NCBI GenBank assembly: GCA_038087875.1
Contig: CM075977.1
Span: 90,024,001-90,088,000 of the forward strand
Reading direction: 5' to 3'
Source: Malacoraja senta
Taxonomy: Eukaryota
Length of the DNA stretch: 64,000 nucleotides
A program made the position numbers and the translations under genes. The number at the start of each line of letters is the position of its first letter. Positions within the stretch are counted from its first letter, which is position 1. The notes below the pieces were generated by a model. That model made no database searches and was not told the DNA's origin. It saw only the letters and a program-made list of their open reading frames with translations. Of this stretch, positions 13,701-26,718 are shown in pieces.

Positions 13701-13949
13701 GTTGTTCATTCCGATGTTTTATTTTTGTGCGTACAGAGTACACTGCCCCTAAAATAATCAGCCCGAGACCTCGATTGTGTTATCTCTGACTGCATGTGTG
13801 GCTTTAATAAAAAGAATCACCTTTCTAATTTTTAGCTCTCCCCCCACCCCAAAAAAAAATAAAGTTTAGGATGCTACCTTATGCCAATAAAGCATCCCTT
13901 AAAATCAATCATCAATAATATTTATTATGGAATTGAATATTGTAAGTTG

Positions 13950-15120
13950 TCACAGTGGCCGTTTGTCCCGCAGACAATGCGGGTCCAGCTTGCAATTGAC
14001 TCTTGTCCGTTCCTGGCTGTCGGAGGAAGGGTAGGTTGTTTTAATAATTGTCCATTTCTAGAGGAGCCCATCGGAAGGCGGCACTTTCCTCATCATTGTG
14101 TATTTCATCACACCAGTTAGACGATGCTGGTTCAAGAGCTGTTGGGGCGTGAGACTTTCACTTCAGTCGCATGTTGTGTTCCTCCGAGAAACTGGCGCGT
14201 TGAAGTATTTTTGCAAACCTCAGAAAATATAAATCACTGCAAAATCAATTAGTCATTTCTCTTTTGTAGCGGAGGTTGCAGCCAATGGTTCAGAAGGTTG
14301 GTCGCACTCTGAATTTTGAGAGAGCTCGGAACGGTGCAACTAAAGAGAATGAGGTGCTTATGTGAAAGGTAACAATTCGTGATGCACGGACGGGAATGCA
14401 GAGAAGGTGATTCAAAACGAAATCCACCGCTTCATTACGCGACGGAGTTTCCGCGGAATTCTCCGCCGTAATTTCAACGGAATCCACGGATCAGTTACCA
14501 AAGTTGTGGCAGGCGTCCGAGAGAGACACAACACACACATTCCAAGGAAGTAGGTCGCTGGAGCGGACAGGGATAAAGCTTGGACTCAGCACTTGGTCTG
14601 TGTGGAGTCTGCTGGCGGACCGCTGGGGGTTACAAGCCTGTGCAATCAGGTTAGAGGGGAGTACTACTGCCGGGGCTCCTGTTTCTGCCTGGTCTCCAGC
14701 GTCGTCCCTTGCTGAAATTGACGTCTGTGTGGGATACTGAATGAGGGCAGTGTCGGGTTCAACTGCGCGGCTCCACGTGAAGAAATGGCAGGTTGCCGCT
14801 TCTGACAAGACTTTCACGAGTGGTGGCAACTTGGGAAAAGTACCAGAGGGTGAATGGAATCATTCTCCATGAAGGACGTATTACCTCCAGGGAAGGAGAG
14901 AAAATCCATGGCAGAAAGTAAGCCAAGTCCCTTGAAAATGTGTAGGATGAAACCAAGCTGAAATCCAATGCATACATGAAGAACTTGTGTAAAGTGCTTT
15001 AAGCATTCAAAACATTCTGACGAAAGTAGTTTTAATTGCAACTTGAAGTTGGATCTTGTTCGGCTGCTGCATAGCAAGCGCTAAAATTTAAGCAGAATGC
15101 CATTTGGAGAGTGAGGTAAT
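13950..15120. promoter_or_regulatory. Second CpG-enriched, non-repetitive island in the upstream intron (possible alternative promoter, enhancer or UTR exon)
   Basis: Local excess of CG (e.g. acgcgacggagtttccgcggaattctccgccg) in AT-rich surroundings; no TE hallmark recognised. Confidence 0.4.
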
Positions 15121-18100
15121 TGTATATCACTGAATGCAGTTAATTCTTTGATTCCCTTCGGCCCAAACAACGTTAAAGTTTAATATACAAACAGTATACA
15201 GATTTGAACCATCATTTGGGGGGAAGGGGGGGATCTATTTATGTTTAGTGCTTTTGAGTATAACTTTCACAAAACAACTTGAGTTCATTTCCTATGTGTT
15301 TTGCCTGTTTGTCATTTCAGTTTTAGAATAAATGGCACGCTTTATTCGCATAGTTTTACTGGCTTAAGCATCTATAGGGAAGTGTCATTTTTAAACTTTT
15401 ACATTATTTGTAGTGCTGTGCTTAAATTAAAAAAAAAAAATCATTCAGTGCATGATCATTTTCCTGAGGACTTTTAGAATTAAGAATGGCGACAGTAGTT
15501 TTGCAGATCACACTATAGCTGTAACCGTGGACAGAACCCATATATATCAACGTAAACGAATGACTTTTTTTATAACAAAGTTCAGGTCCCATATTCCTGT
15601 TACACCTATATTTTTTCACTAAAGATTTTGCTGCTAAAACTTTGCTAATAGCTCTGGAATGCTCACTTGGGTACCTGGTCTGTGATTACGTTTTATGAAG
15701 ATAATTACAGTAGAACTAGCCTTGAAGCAGGATCTGTGGCAGATCAGCTTTGAACTCTTAACATTTATGGTGATTCTGGTTAGGTGGCTCTAGGAGGAGC
15801 CATCACTGGAAATAAATTACCTAATAATTATATCGGGATCTGTTATGAACATAAATAACTCTGAGTGAAAATGTCAAAACCTGTAGTAACTGGAAAACTA
15901 CACAAATTAAAAGCAGGGGGACAGCAGTTTTCTCACTTATTGCCTGTGTTGTCCTTCAAAGTGATCGAAGTGGCCTCTCAGTGTTTATGAGGGACTGAAG
16001 TAAAGTGAAATTACAGATTCTGAGTATTGAGTCTTAAATAAACATGGCATTAATAATTGTTCATTAGTAGTCCAGAATAGTGTACTGTACCCATGCTCTA
16101 GATTTGTAATGGCAACATGGATTTGAGTTAATTTGTATATCTGATTCTGAATTGCTAACTTTATTGAATTGAATCCTGATCAGGAACAATTTTGTCTTGT
16201 TAAGGGGTAAAAGAATGATGTTATGCTCAGATGAATGCTTGTAAAAGCTGCTGCAGTATGCAGTACTTTCATATTGTGTACACCTTGTATTATAATTTAA
16301 GATGTGATTGACTTGTAGATTAATATTTATTTAGCACAGGGAAATCAAAAGGATTAACCAGTCATCATTTTAAATCTAATCCTTCTTCGCATGGATGAGA
16401 CAAAGGGAGGGTGATTAATGTACACGAGACTGTTAGACACACATGAAAATCCATCCATTTCATCTGTGCCCGATTCTGCTGTATACCACTTCCCCATATC
16501 AAAAGCAGACCAGCAGCAAGGGCTCTACACTTTCCATTCAGGCCCTGATTCTGATTTCTTCACATATCAGACAAAGTCTGGTTACCAACCTTATCCCGTC
16601 CTTTGTGTATAACACTCCAATACTTCAAACTGAAGGTAAATTTGGATGTTGATCAATTCAGTTAAAGGGTTTGGCGCTATAAGAAGAGGAAGATAAAAAC
16701 AGCACACTCACAAATACTTGTATTGTTTTTTACATGTAAGGATAATATCATAATACTTCCTCAAAATGTAAATCTTTTTACAGATTTATCTCAACATTAT
16801 TAATCCACTTTTTAAAAATGACAGCTCGTGCTACCGATTTTATGCTGAAAATGCTGCATATTCTGCATAAAATGAGGAAACATTGGATAGTTAATAAGAG
16901 CAGCCAGTTTGTCTGTTGCACCAACTACATGAGGTGAAAGAGATAGGAGATTTCTAATGGCAGCGATGTCTTAACAACTATTGAACTTCAGACATATGAG
17001 ACAAGATACAGGAAAAGTCACTGCAAGATGGTGTTTTGTGTTACTATAGTTTGTTACACTGCAACTTGTTGTAAATTTATGAATGGGAAGACCACGTTAA
17101 TATCCTGGCAGTGGATTATTTTGTGTGGCAATTCATTGATTACTTAAAAGAAAAGTAGGTTGTTATAAAATACATTGGATCACAATTGTAATTTATAAAT
17201 GGTATAATGGTATAATCAGATGTCATTTACTTTACTTCCAGCACACCCAAAAGCTGCATTTATTCTTAGAATTAAATATGTAGAGATAGTCCTGCCAAGG
17301 TTGCAAATGTCACATGTTGACTGATTATTGGTGCAGAACAACTGGCTTGATTAATCAAAAGCAGAACAATATCAAAGACAAACTTTGACAGGCTAGGTAG
17401 CATAAATATACAAATATTCCCTTTATTTATCTATATTTGTACAGTTAGTTTTCTTTGAAATCTTTATGTTTAATTTCTTCACCTTTTACAAGACAGATGT
17501 ATATTTTGTTTCAGTCTTCCATTCAAACTTAGTTACCTTCCGCGTCTTTGTGGTGACTTGGGCGGAAAGTTTTTGCCAAGTCAAAAAAGGTCGTCACACA
17601 TTCTTTTGCAGTTCTCTTCATTAATTCATCCTTGCAGGAGCACTTTCTATCGTGCTGGGAAGGTAGAAGGGTGTAATAGAAGAGCCCTGAAACATCAGCA
17701 GGAAGCTCTAAGCTGGTTAATGCAGTATAATTGTCTGGACATAGGCTGCCCTTTGTTTGTGCGGTTCACTTCAAATCAGCTGTAATTAACTCCAGAGTGT
17801 TTCCAGATTGCCAGCAAAAAAAAATTACAGCTTTTCTGTTTTAAATTGGAGAGCCCACTAATACATTAGCTATGCAGATTGTTTTGCCTTAATTGTTCCT
17901 TTTAGATAGTGAAAGAATGTGTAGTTTCTCAGAAAAAATGGTTTCTGTGGTTGGATAATTACAGAAATATGTTGTATTCAATGACCAAGAAACATCTTAA
18001 TTTTTGAAAACACATATTATCTGCATTAATAGCAAGAGTTAAAACAGCCACATTTTCTATATCAGTAATGAAATAAACTGCTGGCTTGCTACACTGTAAA

Positions 18101-21100
18101 TTTGTTTATGTAAATGTGCAATAGGGATATCATGAAAAATCTCCATCACATGGGTTAACATAGGCTACAAGAACATGTGGCTAATGATATCCTCTGAGCA
18201 ACTTCAAATGTTCTGAACGGTGATGGCCACTAGACTGAGAATATAAAGGAGAATTAATTCAACTGAACACAAGTTGACAATTGTTGACCAGTCACATTAC
18301 TTTAGATAGGAAAAGCTGAAGTAAGCTAACATAATTATTGCCTTTTATGTAAAATATGGTACCTGTATTGAAATACATGCTAAAGATGAGGGCAGCAAAA
18401 AGCTGTTTAATTCTTCACAATCCATGACCAGCAAACCATGTACCACACTCATGCAGCTTCTGAGCATGGATTCTGCAAAAGACTAAAGGAGGTTACAGCC
18501 CAGGAAGGGTATTTGGCGAATGTACCTAATAACACTGCATTTTGTGTCAAAGAATTGTCACAAATGAAGGCAAAAGTTTGTACTTTACTTTTAAAAAACA
18601 TTGAATGGAATGGAAATGTGGATTTAGCAAGGAAAGGGCTCGGTGCCCGTCTGCTTTGATGGATTTTTCATCAGTCGTTTGTATCTGGCAACAAATAAAC
18701 AAGTATAATTACACTTGTGAAGGTCTATTCATTCCTTTGTCAGGATTAGATATATGTGCAGTTTTCACACTGATCCTCTCTTTTGTCTTTGCCTAACTTG
18801 GTATGACATATTGATAGCGGATTTGGCATGGGGGGAAAAAGGCCACAGCAGAGGCAGTGATGACCTTTAGGAAACTTGATATAATTCTGGCATAATTGTG
18901 TTTGGGTTTTAAGGGAGTTATGTAAATTGTAACTTTACGTGAGTCCAACTGGTGTTTTATGTGGCTAACTTTTAACCTGCCCCTAACATTACAAGTAAAT
19001 AATTGAAGTTAAATAAAGGAACTAAACAGCAGATGGAAAAACAAAAGGCCAAGAAACCTATTGGCCTTTTTTCCCCCCCAGCACTTAACAGTGTGGCAAA
19101 CCTCGCATTCCTCTGCCATTATTCTCTTCTCTTGATCAGATCACATTCTTTTTAATCACTTCTCAAACAGTGTCTCACTGGAAAAGAGAAGAAGGCTGGG
19201 ACAATCTCAATTAAAAAACAGAGGTATAATTGGCATTTGTGATTCTAGTTCTTTGTTCCAATGGGAACTGAACATTCATTCAGTGCAGAGACATTGCCCT
19301 ATTGTTTAACATGTACACTTTTTGTCAGTTAATCTTAGTGTAGGAGTATCGATTATTTTGCTCGTAGCCATTCAACCTGTATTTGCTAAGGAGGAAGAGA
19401 GAAGTCAGCAATTCAATCACAGGTGAAAGTCAGTTGTTTGTAATGAAAATTATAAATTTTGTTATTATTAAAATTTGATTAGAACAATGTTAGGAATAGA
19501 TATAAGCATTAATTAAGGATTATAGATCAAGATTAAAAAATGTGTGTAAGGAAGGTGGCATTTATTTTAACTCTTACAAATGAGTGCAGATAAAACATCA
19601 AAAGCATACTTGTTAAGATTTTTTAGATGTTAAAGTCTCTCCAGCTATTGTCTGAAGAAGAATTAAGGGCTTTGGTTTGGTTGTCTGCATAAACCACGTA
19701 TGTCCAAACAGCAGGAATCAAGATCAGTGTTCAGATGCATATAGCATATTTTATAATTTATCAGTTTATAATGATTTGCAATGTATTGCCCAGAAGCATG
19801 GAGACATTCCCCACAGAGTCATTTAGTGCTTGAAGTGTTGAGAGATGCCTTATTACAAATCATAGTCTACTGCATTTTGGCTTGTTTCAACACAATGCAG
19901 AATTTTATTCCCCCCCCCCACCAACCCTCAACGATAATTGTCTTAATTGATTTTTTTGTCTATATTCTATACCATACCTTTAATATTTTGCTGCCCTGCA
20001 TCTTTCTGAAATTGTGGGTAGAACCATTTGCAAGGCAGCAAAGACATATAATTTCTCAGTGTGTTTTTTTCAGATGATGAAATGAAATAGGAGTCCTCTA
20101 CACAGTACAACATGTTTAGAGCTTATTTCCGATGTAAATTATTCAGTGTTGGCGGATATTGGTGAATGTACAGTATGTGCTAACAAGCGGAGATAGTCAA
20201 GTCTGGTCCTGCCTGATCACCAAATAAAAAGTACCAAGAGCCTGCTTTATGTTGAAAATGGCAAGAGCACATATCATTTGAACCCAGTTTGTTTCTGTCC
20301 AAAGTTGCCAAATGCAGACTAAAAAAACCCGTCCCATTATGGCTGTGAATTCTTGAGGTTCAAAGGGTGTTCACGTCTGCCTGGCTTATTCTGCTGATAC
20401 TTTCTGTTACTGTTAGGAGCACTGTATAATGCTCCAAAAACTATAGCCTAATTTCCGATGCAAATATTGTTGGTGCTAAATTGGCAAATGCAGAGAGAGG
20501 TAAATGTGCTCATGTGTGAACTAATTAGAAAATTATTAGGTTTTCATGGTCTTTGTGTTGAGGTTCATTTCAGAGATGCTTTTTTATGCTGCATGCAAGC
20601 CATGAGCATAATTAACCTGGAGCTCATCAATGATTAAAATTACACGCTAAGCTTTATGATATTCAATTCAGAGGCAATTAGACTGTCATTTTAGCCCATC
20701 TTAGACAGCAAAACTAATTTTAATTCATTTTCAATCTGTGTAAATCTTCTGATGTCTCTTAAACTGATCATTTTCCTCTTTGACTTAGCTGAAGAGATTA
20801 GATTTGATTAGGGCAAAAAATTTAAGCAGCTATTCTTCAATGTTTAATAGCAAAGTGCATCCCCCAAGCCTTATTTAGTCAGGAGTTGTTTTAAATTAAT
20901 CTCCTAAATTGCTGCATACTAGAGCATTATGTTCACAACACGGAGCAGTTTCTGCTCCCCAAGTGTTTCATAGCAGTAAATATTTTGTTTTATTCATGGC
21001 TATATAGTACAAAATTATCCTGGCTTATTGACATTCCACATGGCAATTTTCTTAATATTTGGGAATCATTGTACATTGGTCCCTGAAGGTGTACTGTGGG

Positions 21101-22682
21101 CTATCCTTTATCTTGCTCAAAGCCTTTGTTGTGTATGAGGAGTTTGCATTGAAGTGGCTGACCAACCTGATGGTGTGTATAGTGCCATCATTCTGCAAAC
21201 GTGGAGATCTGCAACAACCAGAGGCTCGGGAGCTATGTATGACATTAATTCAACAGCATTTGCAGTCCAATGAGGACAATGAGGCTGAAGGAGAGCCAGA
21301 GCATTTTTTTCCTACCTTAACTTTTCTTCCCGTGCCTTATCCTTCTGTGAAATAGTGATAGGGCCTTTATGGGCTACATCTGTGTTCCAACTAAAGGAAA
21401 TATATTGGCTCCAGTACCTGCTTTGAGAACATGATTGAAGGATTTTCATCATCGCTGCTTTTATATGATATCTTTAAAGATAGGAGAGAAGTTGATTGAG
21501 GTAGTGGATGAGAGATGGGCACCCCACCAGGACTGACAGCATCAAAATTGTATTTGAAATGGTGTTCATTACGTTTTACAGTGGGAAAAAAAAATTAACT
21601 GCCACTGATTTTCCCCAAGGATGGTAGGACTGGATGCACTAAATATTAATTTCTATTTCTATGCCTATTGAAGTAGCTGAAGCATGTGGAAGAATCCTGA
21701 TTGGTGCTTAATCAGGGCTTGTTAGATACCTGCTGAGAGCTCTCACAGAAGGAAAATTTGAAATAAGCTGATTTATTTGGTCAAATGTAAAGCAAAGAAG
21801 AGCTCAGTCTTTTTTTTCCTGTTGGCATTATAATAATTTGCTTTTCTCTCGTGTTTTCGCTGACAAATTCACTGAAAGTCTGTGTGCGTAAAAGGAAAAT
21901 AAAAAGCCCACCGCAACTTTACCATCTGAAAGCCTTTTGAAAGCATTTAGTGAAGAGAGGTAACCTATCAGTTCTAGGTGTTTTCTTCATGTGTATTTTT
22001 AAGGAGAACATTGTTAGGGCTGTACTTTTGCAAAGGACTACATTAGCATTTAGCTAACATGTAGGGAAGATGATGACAGCATAAAATTGTCTTGTATTTT
22101 TCAACAATTACGTATGCCTGTTGGAACAAAAACCCACATTAGAGCTTGATTTTGATCTTTGCACATTGTTGGGATATACATTATGACTTGCTTGTGGATT
22201 ATGGATTAAGACTCTTGTTTTATTATGGAGCTGCCTGTATTGAAAAGTGAAGTATTTTGGATGTGTTGCCATGTTATTTGTGTGAGTGATTACTGCTCTT
22301 GAAGCTCCAGATCATTACAAATGCATCAGTACTGTGACAGTATGATTTTATAGGAAATTGTTTTTTTGGTGTATGATAGACTAGTTAATTAAAAGTTTTA
22401 TATTGAAGAAATATTATACAGGTGACTACAGAATATAAAACATCAATAAATTAAATATTGTGTATGTACTTTAAGGGGAGAAATAAATAATGTAACAATT
22501 TTTAACTTATTGCTTCAGTAAAATGTTAAAGGCTAATGTGTTTATATCCATATTTCAAATTGGATTGGTCCACCTTGTACTAGATATCAAATTTCTATAG
22601 TCTGTAAACTAGGGATGAGCTATTGGAGAATAATATTATTTAATAAAATGGTTTCTCTCAACTTATTTTTTTGTTTATTCAG

Positions 22683-22728
22683 GTCCCTGACAGGCTGGAT
22701 GAAATGAGATTCCCATGTAGCAATTGCC
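22683..22728 (+). promoter_or_regulatory. ZFHX4: 5'UTR part of the ZFHX4 first coding exon, containing three upstream AUGs
   Basis: ATG-AAA-TGA at 22699-22707; ATG at 22704 opening an out-of-frame ORF that ends at TGA 22740-22742; ATG-TAG at 22715-22720. Confidence 0.85.
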
Positions 22729-25309
22729 ATGGAAACCTGTGACTCCCCTACTATCGCTAGGCAGGAAAATGGGCATAACACATCAAAGCTATGTGGAACG
22801 ACACAACTTGATAATGAGGTGCCAGAGAAAGTTGCAGGGATGGAGGCTGACAGGAAAAGTAGCGCCACGGATGACAACCTGAGAACAGATGAGCACAGAA
22901 GCAAAAGCTTGTTGGATTTCGGCGTGGAGAATGCTGCCACCACTCAGGTTACCTCAGCGAAAGAGATCCCTTGCAACGAATGTGCCACTTCTTTCTCAAG
23001 TTTACAGAAATACATGGAGCATCACTGCCCGAATGCCCGTCTTCCTCTTCTGAAGGATGACAATGACAGCGAGATAAGTGAATTGGAGGATAGCGATGTG
23101 GAGAATCTGACAGGGGAGATAGTTTACCAACCTGATGGGTCAGCGTTTATAATAGAGGACTCCAAAGACAGTGGGAAGAACGTGCAGCCAGAAATGAACA
23201 GTAAGCTCTTTCCCTCGGCACTTTTTCTGAACTCGCTCACAGCAGCTGGGGAAAAGAATGAGCAAGCAACCGCTACACCTATGTCGTTCTACCCGCAAGT
23301 CATCAACACTTTTCATATTGCTTCATCCCTCGGGAAACAATTTCCTGCCGAACAGGCTTTCCCAAATACCTCAGCATTTGCAGGAGTCGGTCCTGTCTTG
23401 CACAGTTTCCGCGTCTATGATGTCCGGCATAGTAGTGAGAAAGATTATCTTAGCAGCGACGGCTTGGCCAAAAACTCCTGCGTGTCCAAAGATGTTCCAA
23501 ACAATGTGGACTTGTCCAAATTCGATGGTTGTGTTAGTGATGGGAAAAGGAAACCTATTTTGATGTGTTTCTTGTGCAAGTTGTCTTTTGGCTATGTAAA
23601 GTCATTTGTAACCCATGCTGTGCATGACCATCGGATGGGCCTCAATGAAGAAGAGCAGAAGCTCCTAAATAATAAATATATTTCTGCCATCATACAGGGG
23701 ATAGGCAAAGACAAGGAACCTCTAATAAGCTTTCTGGAACCAAAAAATTCAAATTCTATTCATCCACGTTTTTCTAGTGCAAACCTCATAGGTCCCGATC
23801 CAACCTACCGTGGATTGTGGAGTGCATTTCATGTAGAAAATGGTGATTCTTTTCAGGCAGGTCTTGCATTCTTGAAAGGAAGCGCGAGCACTGCCGGTTC
23901 ATCAGATCAGTCACTCGGGAACACAGTGCACAAAGCTGAAGCAAACCTGGGGAGATTGTCTAGTTCAGCTCTGACCACCCCAATTACCTCAGCTTCCTTC
24001 AGTCGCTCGTCATCTGGGTCAAACAAGTTGTCAGGGAGCAAGGACCAAGAGAGTAACTGTGAAAGAGCAAAAGAAGCATTTGTCTTGCATCCAGATGGAG
24101 AGTTACAAATCAAAAGTGAGCCCATCGAGCAAATGGATGATGATGAAGAAGACGACGACACATATTCCAATGAACTCGATGATGACGAGGCATTGTTGTC
24201 AAGTGGATTAGTGGACCGTAATAGTAGCAAAGATTTCCCTATCTCAAACCAAAGCATTTCTATGTCTCCTTTAATGCCCAGTATGCTAAATTTAAATGAA
24301 AAGGGTACATCTTCCTCGGTGACTGTTTTTGATGCCTTGGATAAGGCAAAGCAGCATCCTGTACACAGGGATAGTTGCAGTGAAAATATCTATAGCATTA
24401 GTGGCAAGGACTTTGCTGGTGCCGGTAAAGATTATGCCACAACCCCTCAACCAAATGACTCGATCCATGGAGATGATGATAGTCCTGGTTCTCATTACCA
24501 GCACAGCTGCAACCCATGCACACTAGGGGCAGGTGACAGTCCACCAGGAAGCAGTGTTGAGTGTCCCAAATGTGACACGGTCCTTGGCTCATCACGCTCT
24601 TTAGGTGGCCATATGACTATGATGCATTCACGGAACTCGTGCAAGACATTGAAATGTCCCAAATGTAACTGGCACTACAAATATCAACAAACTCTTGAGG
24701 CACATATGAAGGAAAAACACCCTGAGCCTGGCAGCTCTTGTGTGTATTGTACGACTGGGCAACCTCACCCTAGGCTAGCCAGGGGTGAGAGTTACACTTG
24801 TGGCTATAAACCCTTCCGCTGTGAGGTTTGTAACTACTCTACAACTACCAAAGGCAACCTCAGTATTCATATGCAGTCAGACAAGCACCTAAACAATGTT
24901 CAAAACCTTCAGAACGGTGGCGGAGAACAAGTCTTTGTGCACACTGCTCCAGGACCTACAGCTAGCCTCAGCAACTGCGGGACACCATCCCCATCCAAAC
25001 CAAAACAAAAGCCCACCTGGCGGTGCGAGGTGTGTGATTATGAAACCAACGTGGCGAGGAATCTTCGCATCCACATGACGAGTGAAAAGCACATGCACAA
25101 CATGATGCTCTTGCAGCAGAACATGAAACAAATCCAGCACAGTCTGCACTTGGGCCTGGCACCTGCCGAGGCCGAGCTTTACCAGTACTATCTGGCCCAA
25201 AACATAGGCATGACAGGTCTGAAACTGGAAAGTCCAGCTGACCCGCAATTTATGCTAAATCCATTCCAGCTTGATCCTGCAAAAGCTTCAGCAATGGCAT
25301 CAGGACTAG
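22729..25309 (+). CDS. ZFHX4: Zinc finger homeobox protein 4, first coding exon (exon spans 22683-25309; 860 codons + 1 nt)
   Basis: Translation [15 protein letters not shown]...[20 protein letters not shown] matches the ZFHX4 N-terminus as I recall it (not ZFHX3/ZFHX2). Multiple C2H2 fingers: [104 protein letters not shown]. Acceptor tttttgtttattcAG at 22681-22682; Kozak GCCATGG; donor CTAG|GTCAGT after 25309 (phase 1). The ORF tail to 25374 is intron read-through. Confidence 0.97.
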
Positions 25310-25923
25310 GTCAGTGCTTATTGGCATTGTTTTCTTTCATTTGCAATTGTCATTCCACTGTGTTAACCTGTTAATTTCCTATTCATTTTTTGAACCATCT
25401 TTTATCCACTAGAATTAAATATTTCTAGTGAATTTCCATCACCAGCTGTTATCAGGAGTGTTCCTTAACCGTAAAATATTGCATTCAAATATATATGTTC
25501 TGTTAGGCAGAAAGGTCATCGTGTTAATTTATATATGCATGTATTTAATCTCGCTTTACTTTTGGTGTAATTCCCAATGTTGACGAGCCCCTTTTGTTAT
25601 GATTGACCACTGTGTAGATTAATTAAGTATTGAGCTTTAAAACTTTTCATGCTGAGGAAGATGGGTTTTTACACTTTGTGCAATATCTGTGCAAACATGT
25701 TATTTGCTTTATTTTTGTTCGCATTCTGTTCTCTCCTTACTAAAAAATAGTTTTGAAGATTTTATGTTTCAGTTGAGATTGGTTTTGTGAAATTGAGTAA
25801 CTGTCAAGGCAAATGAATTATTTTTAAAATAAAATTCTCTGGCCTGTATCAATGCCTGCTTAATATGTCAGTAGTTACAATAAGCAAAAATATAATGACA
25901 AATACCTCAGCTCAGGATTATAA

Positions 25924-26015
25924 TCAGTCTGAAGAAGGGTCTCGACCCAAAACGTCACCCATCCCTTCTCTCCAGGGATGCTGCCTGTCCCGCTGAGTTA
26001 CTCCAGCATTTTAAG
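25924..26015 (+). mobile_element. Penelope-derived terminal fragment in the intron between the two coding exons
   Basis: cagtctgaagaagggtctcgacccaaaacgtcaccc...gagttactccagcatttt matches the 3' end of the PLE at 31637-31725. Confidence 0.8.
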
Positions 26016-26718
26016 TCTCCCTCAGAATGATAAATCTGCACAATTAATAATGTCCTGAGAATCTAGTGATCTCCATTATTGAAAGATTCTTCTTTTAATG
26101 CTGACCATGATGGTGCAAAATTTAAGTGAGATGGTTCATAGTTTGGATGCATTTGTTGTGCTGCTGTCATTCTGAATTTAACACCAATGCTTTATTATTT
26201 TTTATTTTTAATGTAATATTTTACATAGAAATGTTTTGGCACTCCTGGGATTTTTTTGGGAGCTACTCTAGATCTGCAAGCATTGCTGTGTAAATAGAGT
26301 TTCTGAGGCACTTCCAGCAAAGTAACGCTGAAGGAAAGGGAGCTGCTCCCAGGAATTTTTGAGGACTGGTGATTCTTGCTGTAACTTCAGTTAGTTAAGT
26401 GAAAGTAAATTGGGGCCCTTACAGTTTTGTTTTGTTATTCCTCAACTTACATGCCTTTTAAAAATACAAATTCAGGGATGACATCATGCCCAATAGGAGT
26501 AATTAAAGTTACCTGATGAGGGGATTTAGGATTTGAAAGGGATAATTGCAATTGATCCTCATTCAATCCTATACTAGCTTTTTATAGTTTAAGCTCCAGA
26601 GAAAGCAAACTCCTCAAGGTTTTTTTTTCCAAGCAATTCCTCTCTGTTTCTGCTTCATAGGATGTGCTTTTGGACTTTAACAGCAAACTGTTTCCTTCTG
26701 ATTCTTTTCTCTTTGCAG

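Noticed and set aside
25310-25374. C-terminal extension of the 881-aa ORF ([10 protein letters not shown]...)
   Set aside because: Lies beyond the GTCAGT donor; splicing to 26719 restores the expected ZFHX4 sequence.
26664-26718. N-terminal part of the 215-aa ORF (and its tail 27222-27311)
   Set aside because: Intronic polypyrimidine tract and read-through flanking the real exon.
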